From Dimargaris cristalligena (lineage: Eukaryota), in NCBI GenBank assembly GCA_003614675.1, contig ML002355.1:1-39093 (forward strand): a stretch of DNA of 39,093 nt, given 5' to 3'. A model generated the notes under the pieces. It was not told the DNA's origin. It saw only the letters and a program-made list of their open reading frames with translations, and searched no databases. Shown in pieces: positions 26,443 through 37,915 of the stretch (within the stretch, counting starts at the first letter, position 1; every line of letters begins with the position of its first letter). Position numbers and translations under genes: made by a program.

Positions 26443-28456
26443 GGATCCCTAATGGCACCCTCTTCTTTCTCTCTCTCACCTTTCATCCACTTTAGCCTAA
26501 TATACTATACTCCTTGGGAGACGTTGCGTGCATATGGATTCTTGCATTCGCTGGGAAGTCAGTATAGTAAGTCCCCTATATTCGCCATAACATCTAATGT
26601 AGCTCGCGGGCATCTTGCCTTTCGTCATGGTTAATATCCGGGCTGTTGTGTTGACGATGTGAGTTGGACGTGGCGCTGGTTCTTCAGACCTTATTCACCG
26701 TCCGCCACTGCTACCTATTACTGTCTCGATGGAATGGGGAGGGGGGTCTCGGCCTCCTTTTCCTCCTGACCATCCTTTCCAAAACTCTGGGATCGCTTCG
26801 ATGACTGGGTTGCGCGTACATGTGCCATCCCCCATTTTTCCTTTATTCGCTCTGGATTGCCCATTTTGGCGTCGTGGGTCGCCCCCCCCACTGCGCTTGG
26901 GTCGCTCAATTTTCTCCGGTATTGGCATCCCTTGACCATCGTTTATTTCATTGACCAGAGAGGTTAATCGCCTGCTTCTCTGCCCACATATCCTCCTCAT
27001 ATATATTCCATTCCACACACACACACACACCCCTCTCACACTTACTTTCACACCCCCCCGCCATCGATGTGGGTGTGTATATTACATGTGTATGTGGTCG
27101 GTGTGTGAGGACATGTTGTATGGGGGTGTGTGGAGGATATATTGTTCTAGCTTCTCAGTTTGGAGTCTAGTAGTAGCAGTAGTCCCTCTTTTTTTTCTAA
27201 TCTTCTTATTCCCCCCCTCCCTTTCTTCTGGGGTCTCCTCTACCAACCCTTACCTTGTCTCGCCCCTTTCTCCCCGGTTGGATGCGAAATTCCCATCACT
27301 GACCCCTCCCTAGCTTTAATTTACCCCATTAGAATCCCGTGTTTTTTGCCCTACATTGCCCCGAGCGGTCTTTTTGGCCTAGATGGATGTGCCCTCCCTC
27401 CCCTTCCTATAAAGACCTGGCCTATGGCTGCCCCAGTGGGTTGGCATTGTATATTGATTGGATTAGCCCCTTCCCTCACGCTGAAGCCTCCTCTATGGGA
27501 TAACATTCACCACGCTACTCTCTAATTATTATTATTCCTCCTTTGATTTCTTGCTCTTGTCTCATCCCCCCTTTTCTTATATATTATTAACTTATCCCTC
27601 GATAGATATATATAATCTTGCTGGTCACCCGCCCAGTCCTATTAGATTTTAAAAGATACCTCCAGTATCATCAATCCTTCTATTATCCATTTTTAGCTTA
27701 GCTCCTGTCTGCAATCGTTCGCCTGTCTCCTCCCCGTTTCACGCTTCCTTATACCTCTAAATCTTGTATTCTTTCCTCCGTTCTCCGACTACCAGTTGAT
27801 GCGATAACCAACGCCCCGCCGAACCTTACTTACCACTAGTAGAATCACCTTCCAAAACGCTATCCAGGTGCTCGTTTGACATCATATTATACAAACTATT
27901 GCCCGGCTTTATTGTTCATTTTTACACAATTCGGTTCTGATAATTTCTTTCCGAAGAAATAGCTTCCAAGTCTCTCGGTAGCATACCTTATAATACCCTG
28001 CCAGCCTGCAGCTATCCCCCCCTCTCTTCCATTACTTTTCCTCACCACCACCAAGGATAAGCCGCTCAGTGCATCTTAAGTGTGAGCGTGTGTCTGCTTT
28101 TCGTATCTTGCCTCCCTTTTCCCCTCACACACCGCCCTGGTCTATTATTGGCCTGTATACTCTTAGCCTCTCTCCCTCCCTCAATTTATGTTCGCTCATT
28201 GACCACCACCTCGGCTGCGTTTCGCTCTACTTTGTTTCTATTTCTCAGTCGCTTATTTTACCTGCTTTCTTTGTAGATACACCCTCTATCTTCTCCCAAA
28301 GCTCACCCGCGTCCACCTCGATTGGCGCCATTTCCCACCGAGCGCACGCGCGACCCACCTAACTGGTTGGCCGTGCTCGCCTATTCATCCCCAGTGTACA
28401 CATTTCCCTAGACCTTTCCCCAGTTGTGGCTCCACGCCGAGAAGAGATCGCCCCCC

Positions 28457-31400
28457 ATGTCTCGAGTTGTTGACGATGTCTTTGCGTACCAGTTTACGGA
28501 TATCGTCCAAAACGATAAAAGTCGCGACCACATGTAAGTATTCCCCTCACTACTCTTTTATGGCATACTCCACTCACTCAGTTAAACCCCCCCTCCCTCC
28601 CTTTCTTAAATTGGGCAACTGCCTGAAATGAACTTCGTGAATCTCTGACCCCACGGGGACCGGTGCGCTGGCCCGCGACTGGGGGGAAGGAACCACACTT
28701 GGTCCCCCTCCTCCATCATTCAGTCTCGTCTCCTGCAGTCGGGCTCCATGCTCAGTCACTGTGGTGCCACCGGGTGGTCTGGCGGCCACGGGCCCCGAAA
28801 CAGCGACTCGGTAAAGGCGCCGCTTGAGTACAAGAGTTACCCAAGTTTGGCCGTGTCCCACCTCTCCCCTGACCTCTGGTTGGCCCACCGTTCTTTCGGG
28901 TCCATCTGTCAGGGTCATCAGGCAAATTGGGTAGAGGGGCATTGTACAAGGGTTGAGGGGAGTGTGTCAAAATGGAAAGACTCATCGCCTACCTCCTGCA
29001 TATTTTGCCGGAAGGAGTGAAGGTGAGAGAGGCATCGGTCTCGTCCCTCCCCCCCCCACCCAGTGGCTTGGGTTCAGCTGCGATCTAGTCGATTCCATCA
29101 GTGTGCCCCCCTCCCCCCACACCTGCATTGCCAGTCTGGTTCTTGGTGTAAAAATGACCCTTCGCCCCATTTCCTGTATTCACCAGAGGCGGTGGCTAGT
29201 ATGGATGGAGGGCGGCGCGATAATGGCCACGGTCGTGACACAAAGTTTTGCCCATCCTTCCTCTTCTCTTTCCCAACCCATTTCCCATTGCCTTTGATCA
29301 ATTATGCCTCATTGTCTCGATGAGTATACTGCTGGTTTCCCCAACCCCAATGGTCATTCGAGAGAGAAACCCCGAGGGCAGGGGTGGAAAACCCCGCTTT
29401 CTGACATTCCCTGACATACCTGAAACGTATTTATCTTCTAATCAGCAGTACCGTCGGTGGGGCCGTCCCCTCGCTGATATGATCCCAGACTTGATCGTGC
29501 TTCGAGCGGCGAGGTACATCAGTATAGGGGCCGGCTTAACCAGGGTATATGGGAGTTGGTGAGGAGATTGGGCATACCTCGCCTCGGCCTTTTTATAGTT
29601 AACTGTCCGACTTGGGTTCCAATTTCCGGGATCATCTATATTACGAGCAGGGGAATGGGGCGGGCAGAGGAGGGGTGTGAGGGGTATAAGCTGCTCGAAA
29701 CTGCCGCATTCCACTTCGCCAAATGGTCACCCGTTATGGACAGGTTTTCTCAATCTTTATGCATGGGGTGCGCCTATGTTCATGAGTGCTCTTATTGTGC
29801 TTCCTGGTCCTTTTGAACGTTCATCCAGGATTTCTCTGCCGGGTTGCACCCACACATGGTGCGATGACACGGCCCTGTACGTTGGAGCGGGAAAAGAGGA
29901 GAGGGGGGTAAGGTGGTACTCTTTTCCCACCCACGCAACCATTGCGGTCGTATGTTATTCGTCAACGAGCGGTGGGGTGGGGGGGCCTATGGACTTTAAT
30001 GAGTGATGGTGACTTGATCACCCTCTAACCACAGCGGTGGATAGAATGGGTGGCATATTCTCACACCACTAGTTTACTGGGTTCTTATATTATCACCCCT
30101 GTTTTTTTTCTCATCACCATTGCTTCTCTGGCTTATCTTATCGTTTTTGCTCCGCCTGGGCCTTAGAAAATACGAATTGATTATCCGGCAAGAAGTGGTC
30201 AAAGGACGTACCTGTGGTGTCGGCCCTAAAGGTAAGCCCCATTTGCGGTACCGCTATAGTCTCGTTTGGTTGGTGGGTGGTGGCTACTGGCTTCGGCCGA
30301 TGGCCCTACGTGTGGTTGTTGCGCAATGTCTTTGCCACCCCTATAAACCAAAGCACCATTTCCCATGGCCACTAGTCTGAATTAGCATCTCAGTATTAGT
30401 GACATGTGCCAAACTGCACCAAGATATTCGTTGGTTTCTGTTTTTAACGCTCCTCCTCTGTTTTGTCGGTCTGTATCCGTCCCTGTTCTATCATCGCCTT
30501 ACTAATTTTTTCTTTTCTTTATGAATGCCCACGGATATTCCACCTTCATGGCTCCACCCACAATCCTCTCTAACTTATTGATCAGCTGATCGCCGACCTA
30601 TTAACCCTGAACCGATCATTCAACTTCGGGTGCACGACTCTTCCAACATCAATGTCACGTAAGTTACGACTTCCACTTTCTCATCCGGTTGTCCAGGCAA
30701 TTGGCTGCGGCCGTGGTTACTCGGTAATAAGGGTTTAATTCGTAGATTTGCTTACAATTTACCTGTCCACCCACTCACTCACACTCATTTTAAACTGCAT
30801 GTTTCTCCCCTAAAAATACCTTCCCCGTTCACCTGGTTACCCGTTTTCCTACACTCGAAATATGATGTACGTCATGCTTCGTCCAATGAATGGCTGAATT
30901 CATACACCCAATGTGTCGCACCCTGGGATCTCCCGTCTCCATGAAATCCCAATCCTACCCTACCGGGTTTCAACCCTCCAGGCCGTTTCAGCATAGCCCA
31001 TACTACTTCATGTTTGCCACCCTTACCAATGAGGAAGGCACCCGGGAGATCCACATTCTATCAGACTTCCATACCCACATCATTCGCGGGTCCGTTGTGT
31101 CGTCCATCTACCATGCCAAGGACACCGACAATGTGGAGGGCGCCTTTTTTGTCTTTCCGGATATTTCGGTGCGGGTAGAAGGCACCTATCGCCTCAAGTT
31201 CAGCCTTTTCGAAATTGTGGGCAGTGTGGTTTACTTTTGCAAGTCGGTCCTTTCGTCGCCCTTTACCGTGTATTCGGCCAAGAAATTCCCCGGTATGGAC
31301 CCCTCCACCTCCCTCTCCCAGACCTTTGCTAAGCAGGGGCTCAAAGTGCGGATGCGCAGCGAGAATCGACGGAAAAAGTAAGTAAATCCCACTGCGTAAT

Positions 31401-33817
31401 ATATGTATATATTGGAAAGAGCGACCTCCATTAATGTGGCCAGATGGGGTATGCTCCTGCCACTACAGAGTGACATCCCTTTTATTTTTCCACTGTAGGG
31501 AGAGTGAAGTTGAAACGGGTTGCTAGTGCCGCCCCGCTTTGGGGGTTGATCACACGTCAACCTTTTTGGGGATGGGTCGATCCTCATTATAACTACCCTT
31601 GTCAATGCCTAAGGGTTGGCGCCTTTGGCTGGTCTTGTTGATCGCCAGTAAAACGGAAAGAGCCAAATACCCCCCCACCTTGCGTACTCCCGGTTTTGCT
31701 CAGCTATATACTGACCAGGCCATTCATTGTGAATATCATTCTAACCCACCTACACACACTACTGGCTACTCTATTTTTATGGTCTCTCGGTATTGTGGTG
31801 AACATCATTCTAACTACTCCCCCCGGTCCATTTATTACCATTCACTCCTTTCTCTAGGGCCAATCTGGCGATTACCAACAAAAACACCAAAGAGAGCCCA
31901 AATAGCTCCTCAAACAATCGGTCCAAACTGATGCCCAAATACTCACATGATGACAGCGGACATTCAGGCAGTTACAGCAAAAGCAGTTCCTCTGGCGATG
32001 TGTCTCCTGTATTCCCCTCCAAGGCTGCTAACCTGGCTTCAACCACCGACGGCGATCCATCCTCTAATAAGTTCACTCCTCTCAATTCGTTTTCTTCTTC
32101 GTATGTTTACCCCAATCAGCCGTATGTGCGGGAGCCCCCCCCAGGACTTCCTGCCCATTTACCGGGCCAAGTCAGTTACCCACCGGGTGGAATGGTTGTA
32201 CCACGCTTCCACCGCGAAACCCACCCGGGCGATGCCCACGTCAGTAAGCGTATCCGTAGTGAGAATGGCCCTGCCCTCCCTTCGTTACTGCGTCTAGGGG
32301 AGGGGATGGGCCCGTCTGGTAACGGGGGTTACAATCTAGCCGCCGCTGGCGCCTCCCAGTCAGTATCGCCTCATGCGATGACTCGCGCACTACCCCTGCC
32401 TCAGTCTCATTCGCAGGCCAGCGGCGGTGCCCCAGAGTCGATCATGTCGATTGACCGGTTGCTGCACCGCGGTGCCCCCGACAATGTGAAACTGCCCCCA
32501 CTGAAGCAACGGCATTCAGCCGACTCCCCCCGCCCACCCTTTATTAAGGTTGAGGGGAGCGGAAGCTCCAGCTATGCCGGTACATCCTCGCCACCCCCAC
32601 TCGATTACCCTTCGCTCCGGACCCCAGCCTCTGCCACCAACGCCTTTCTGCCACCTATCCATGACTACCGTCAGTCCGGGCGGGAGGAAGGGCATCGTAC
32701 TCCGGGCCCTGAAGGTGGTGATTCATCCTCCAGTCTACCACTAACCCGGTGCGTGTCGAATCCCCGGCCAACTTCCATTCCCTCAACTTCCTATGGAGCA
32801 ATGGGTGGTAATGGTCATTCCTCTTCGCCCGTGATACCACCCCCATCCGTGTCGTCTATTCCCACCCAGCGTTCCCAGAGCGCTTACCAAGTACCCCGGC
32901 GTTCCAATGGCTATACTTTAGAGGGCCCCGCTACCCCGCCCACCCATCATCACCGGCCGCTGGCTCAATTGTCTCACCGGTCGACGGGTGATATCCGAGG
33001 ACGCGTCGATGGCTCCATTAGCTGGCGAGGAGAAGCCCCAAATTCAAGTGGATATTCACCATCCGGCATTAGCTATTCCCACCCCCCCACTGCTACCGCT
33101 TCCCCCACATTGGGCGGTGGCCCCTCGGCCGCTGAGAATACCCGGTGGTCACCCCACTATTATCCCGTAGCCACGGATGACCGAGCAAGCGCTTCGTCCC
33201 AGGCCTCATCGGCAGTTGGGGATGCCTATCTAGCCCCCCATAGTGCCTATAGCACTCACCCCCGCTCCCATGACAGCTATCGTGAACGGAGAACCAGCGG
33301 CCCGGAACGCTCCCCCCATCAACACTCTTCCCCCAATGGGGGCAGCAACCTCATACCCTTGGCCCCACCCAATGGTCCAAGCAGTAGTGGTCACCGGGAG
33401 TCTGCGTACCATTTCCATTTCCGCAACCCTCAGGGTATGGTCCAGGGAGTAGGTTCTAACTCGACTGGTCCCCCTCCGCCCCCTTCAGTATCGTCGTCAA
33501 CATCATCGGCCCTGGCCCGCCCTCCATACAATAACACCATGAATGGTCGTTATAAGTCTGAGCCACACCTGGGCAATGTTCCCCCACCCCAATATCAGCA
33601 GCCACCACCCAGTTCCTCCCCGTACATGCGTTACTCTAGGGGGTACCATACCCAGCCCTGTCCCGCGGCGGCCACCTCCGGCGACGCGTCGTCGTTCTAC
33701 GGGTCTCCCAAAGCCGCCCCTCCAGTAATCACGGCCCATTACGGTGAACCCGACTACTATCGGTCGGCCCGAGCCTATTCCCCCCCTCCCCCTCCCCAAC
33801 CCCCCCGTCGGTACTAA
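28457..33817 (+). CDS. Velvet-domain transcription regulator (VosA-like architecture: N-terminal velvet domain, long Pro/Ser-rich disordered tail), 5 exons, 856 aa
   Basis: Exons 28457-28533, 30167-30231, 30586-30658, 30982-31377, 31858-33817 (GT..AG, 2571 nt in frame). Velvet motifs YELIIRQ..GRTCGVGPKADRRPINPEPIIQL, GSVVSS, GAFFVFPDISVRVEGTYRLKFSLFEI, FTVYSAKKFPGM, STSLSQTFAKQGLKVRMR. Exon 1 is the least certain part. Confidence 0.92.
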
Positions 33818-35465
33818 TTGGTGCAAAATACACTATTCTGGGAGAGCATTGTTATTTAGACGAAACTATATATAATCTTGCCGGATCGTTACTGAAGGCC
33901 CTGTAAAAGTAGTATACTCTGGTGTACCGCATCTTTCTCTCTCTCTCTCTCTCTTTCTCCACACCCACTCGCTCTCTTTTCCACACATTTCCCCCCATGA
34001 TGCTAGTGGCTTCTGACCCTAGCTATGACCGTGTTCTTAAATTTTAATTGTTATTTAGCATTTGATTTGATTTGGTTTGGTTTGATTCGGGTCTTATTTT
34101 TATATAATACCGTCCTCTTGCCGGGGCGCCCGAATGGTTTATTGTATGTTATTTTATCCCCTGATTTGGTTGTCTTTTTTTTTATTTCGTGGTGTACTAA
34201 CCGATGGACTATTTGGCCACATGAATAGAGTTTTAATTATTTGAAGTCCTTTTTTCCGTAGGTAAAAGTATACCTGTATTTTTTGTTGTGTTTGTAGTAT
34301 TGGTGGGCTCCATAAAAAAAACGGGTCGGTTGGTGTGTATCTAAACTTATTCGGGCAATGTACGATTTGTCAAAAGGTCGACGCTGAATAGGATGTGTAT
34401 TGTTTAATAAAAACACAGCTGAGCGCAACCTTTTAATTTTTGGGGATAAGTTGCAGTTTCATGGGAGAGTAAGAAATAGATTAAGCTACACATCTCTACT
34501 CTTGGTACTTTTAGCAGCGACTTGAATTTTGGAATTAAATACCCGGATTGCCGGGTATAGACAATTGGGTGTAAACTGGAGTTCTGTATATACTGCCTAC
34601 CTCTCATATTTCTTGACAGCTTTATTGAGGCCTTTAAGGACTCCCACGTGCTATTATCCAAAAATGCTTATTGTATCTATTGTGTTCTTAATGGGAACCA
34701 ACCGCGTAGAGGTGGTAAGTCAATAAAGTTCCAGTACGTCGTTTATAGTACCTTCACATCTGGGGGACATACGTTATATGATCCTAATTCGAAGATTATT
34801 TATTAACAGGATAGAATAAACAAATATTATTTAATGTAATACTATTCTGTCAAGGCAAGTTGGGCTCTCCACCTATTTACTCCTATACTCTGGGGCCGCA
34901 TACGATACTCCATCGACTCCCAAAACCCGGGATTTCCTTTCCCTCTCCCCCCCCCAAAAAAAAAAAAAATATGTGTGACATAGTAGAGAAGGCATATTTA
35001 CTAATATATAAACTGAGCGACATGGCAGAGGTGAAATGAGCGCTGCATAAGAACTGTAATGGAGCATCACAACAGGATAAATAGGTGTGTCATCATAATA
35101 AAATATAAAATAAACACCCAGGGTGTGGTGGTGGTGGTGGTGGGAGGGGATAAACCAGTAGAGGTTTGACAAAGTGCTAAATTATGTATTAAAAAAAAAC
35201 AAGGAAATTTAGGGATAGGAAGTGTAGAAGGGAGGGGTTAGAGGGTTGTGGACGGAGAGGAGGAGAGGAAAAGGTGCACACGTTCACTCCGGGATGGACT
35301 TTTTACAACCGCGTCCCAACCAAATCAGTCATTTATTTGGTCCCCTTCCTCCCCCTATCTATGTAATCGATCCTCCTCATCGTTGTACTTCACACTAGGG
35401 CAACCGCTGGATCCTCCCCCGGGGGAAAATAAATAGCGAAGAATGTACTCTATAGTATCCATCAT

Positions 35466-36564
35466 TTACAGGTTGCGGATGACAGCCTTGGTGAAGTCGG
35501 TGGTGCTACCCTTACCGCCCATATCGGGGGTCTTGGAAGTACCCTCCTGAATGGTCTTGTAGACGGCGTTGTAGATGAGGTTAGCGTGGTCGGGCAGGTT
35601 CAGGTGACGCAACATCATGACGGAGGACAGAATCATGGAGGTGGGGTTGGCGGTGTTGGAGCCCTGGATATCCTTGGCTACATGACGGCAACCGGGTTCG
35701 AAGATGGCGTATTCCTTGCCGATGTTGCAGCCGGGGATGATACCGGGTCCACCGACCAAAGCGGCGCCGATGTTGGACACGATGTTACCGTACAGGTTAG
35801 GCATGACCATGACGTCGAATTGCTGGGGCTTAGACACCAGCTGCATGGCGGTGTTGTCGACAATCATGTCGTTGAACTGAATCCCGGTGGACTTGTACTC
35901 TTCGGCCACCCGGCGACAGGTGTTGAGGAACAGGCCGTCACCCAATTTCATGATGTTGGCCTTGTGCACACAGGTCACCTTCTTACGGCCGTTGCGCAGG
36001 GCAAAGTCAAAGGCGAACCGGGCAATCCGCTCGGTCTTGGTCCGGGTAATGATCTTGAGCGATTCCACGACACCGGGGAAGGACTGGTGTTCCAAACCAG
36101 AGTATTCACCTTCGGTGTTTTCACGGATAATGGCAAAGTCAACGTTCTCGTGGCGCGTGGGGTAGCCGGGAATGTGCTTGATCAGGGCCACCGAGGCGTA
36201 GATATCCAAGTCCTTACGCATGGACACGTTCAGAGAGGCGTGGCCCATCCGGATGGGGGTGTACAGGATACCCTTAAGACCGACCTTGTTGCGGTGCAGA
36301 CTCTCCACACTTTGCTTGAGGAGGGTGTCACCGGCAGCGGCGAAACCGCTCACATCGTATTGCTCCCACTCGACGGGCACGGTGGCGGCCTTGAAGATGC
36401 TCTTGACTGAGTCGGCGGTTTCCTGGCCGATACCGTCACCGGGAATCAGAGTCACGGTGTATTTGCCGCCGTACTTGGTGGGGTTCAGATATTCCTGGGG
36501 AGTGGTTATTGAGAGTGGTGGGTAATGGTGGTAGTTTAGAATGAGGGGTGGAGTTAGTAGACGT

Positions 36565-36603
<39 letters not shown>

Positions 36604-37265
36604 GTAGGGCCGGGTATCATGGTAAAGCTCGCATAGACTTGTTCTGTGTAGTGGAGATACTAGGTGGATTTCCTTTAGCCAGGAATCCAGCCACACCGAT
36701 CTGTCCATTGGTAGGGTTAGAGGCTTTCCATAGTCGCGGGCAATCGACCCAGCAAGTATTCCTGGGAGAGAGATCTTCCGCAAGCGAATCCAGTTTCAAC
36801 TGGCTCCTCGGGGGGGGGGATCACCGAGTTATTCTTAATAGCAATACCCAAGCCAATGTGCAGCGTGTGCTTCTGACACATGACGAGTAAGTGAAACCCA
36901 AACCCGACCCGGCCCAACCAAGAAACAAAAACACGCTACACAGCTAACTGTAGTCACGCTATTGTGGGCAGGTGGGGGTGGGCCACGCTTCCGCCAATCT
37001 TTACGTGAGCATATAGACAGCCGCAAGTGGCTCTATAAACTCGACCTAGACCGGTACACTCGATAAGAATACACGATAGTAGGCGGGAGTGGGTGAGTAG
37101 CGGCCGATCCTGGAGAGTATATAGGGTGAGTAGAAGTCGACTTACCGAGTTGGGAAGAGTGACGGGCTCGGCAGCGGTGGCCAGAGTGCGAACAGCCTGG
37201 GCGGGCTTAGCAGCGGCCAGACGGGCAAGCGCAGAGGAGCGGGTAGAAGAGACAAAGGACAGCAT
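35466..37265 (-). CDS. IDH1: Mitochondrial NAD-dependent isocitrate dehydrogenase subunit 1 (regulatory), 2 exons, 382 aa
   Basis: Exon 1 37265-37146 encodes an Arg/Ser/Ala-rich mitochondrial presequence (MLSFVSSTRSSALARLAAAK). Exon 2 36494-35466; TACTAAC branch point at 36553-36559. Motifs KYGGKYTVTLIPGDGIG, SLNVSMRKDLDIYA, IIRENTEGEYSG, HKANIMKLGDGLF, PNLYGNIVSN, FEPGCRHVAKDI (IDH1-type). Confidence 0.96.
36567..36600. repeat. (TA)17 microsatellite in the IDH1 intron
   Basis: Read directly; lies just upstream (minus strand) of the branch point. Confidence 0.95.
36607..37037 (-). ncRNA. Candidate structured intronic RNA element, class unknown
   Basis: Many complementary segments found by eye (see findings). 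G-U wobbles favour the minus (host-gene) strand. No recognised family. Confidence 0.3.
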
Positions 37266-37810
37266 GGTTATAAAGAGGAGAAGGGGGGAAGAGAAGGGTA
37301 TAGAATGAAGGAATAGGAAACAAAGCCAAGTCAGCAAGTGTATGTAAAGAAACAACGGATATCTCTAAACGGAAAGGAGAGGAAAGAAGGGAAGGGGAGA
37401 GAAAGGGGAAAGACAGCATAGAGAGAGGTTGGGGAGAATGGGAATATAATAGTAGCAGTGACGACACCCCCCGCATACACTTAGTAGCCAGCAACCTCTC
37501 CCATTCTGTCCTTTGGTTTGGGTGGGGAGGTGAATTAGGGCCATCCACAGTGGTGGCGTACACCCCACGGCCACTGGGTAGTGCACACGGTCATTGCTGG
37601 GGGACGTACTACTACTACCCACCTTACCTACTTAATCATCATTACCCTCTCTATATATATTATCTTTCCATCCAGACCCAGCCAAACCGGTAATTAACGG
37701 AATCCCCAGAATGCCAGTGACGTTGGCTGTAGACGCACCGTATACAATTTATATATATAGAGAGAGAGATAGGAGACCCTTCATTTCCAGAGTAAGCTAA
37801 TCTAATCTAT

Positions 37811-37915
37811 TCTGGTCTGGTCTGGTCTGGTCTGGTCTGGTCTGGTCTGGTCTGGTCTGGTCTGGTCTGGTCTGGTCTGGTCTGGTCTGGTCTGGTCTGG
37901 TCTGGTCTGGTCTGG
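37811..37915. repeat. (TCTGG)21 pentanucleotide microsatellite
   Basis: 21 perfect units flanked on both sides by TCTAT, between the divergent IDH1 and IMP2 genes. Confidence 0.97.

Noticed and set aside
11632..28456. Velvet autoregulatory CCGCGG-type sites
   Set aside because: Only scattered copies (about 11776 and 15078), with no enrichment near the velvet gene.
35586..36410. 274-aa plus-strand ORF
   Set aside because: Antisense shadow of the codon-biased IDH1 exon.
35466..36620. ORF-track 384-aa IDH beginning MIPGPTTIYIYIY
   Set aside because: That N-terminus is read-through of intron sequence including the (TA)17 repeat; the true first exon is 37265-37146.
36712..36720. CUAACCCUA (1.5 TTAGGG repeats) in the structured intron as a telomerase RNA template
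   Set aside because: A 9-mer is expected by chance at this window size, it doubles as a CTAAC branch-point motif, and no downstream U/A-rich triple-helix pseudoknot is evident.
36607..36915. Assignment of the intronic structure to RNase P/MRP, snR30/U17, group I/II intron, U1 or a TPP riboswitch
   Set aside because: Only partial motif resemblances (GGAAGAUC, ACAGAACAAGUCUA, AUUCCU/ACCAU, GACUA). Spacing and pairing do not fit any of these families.
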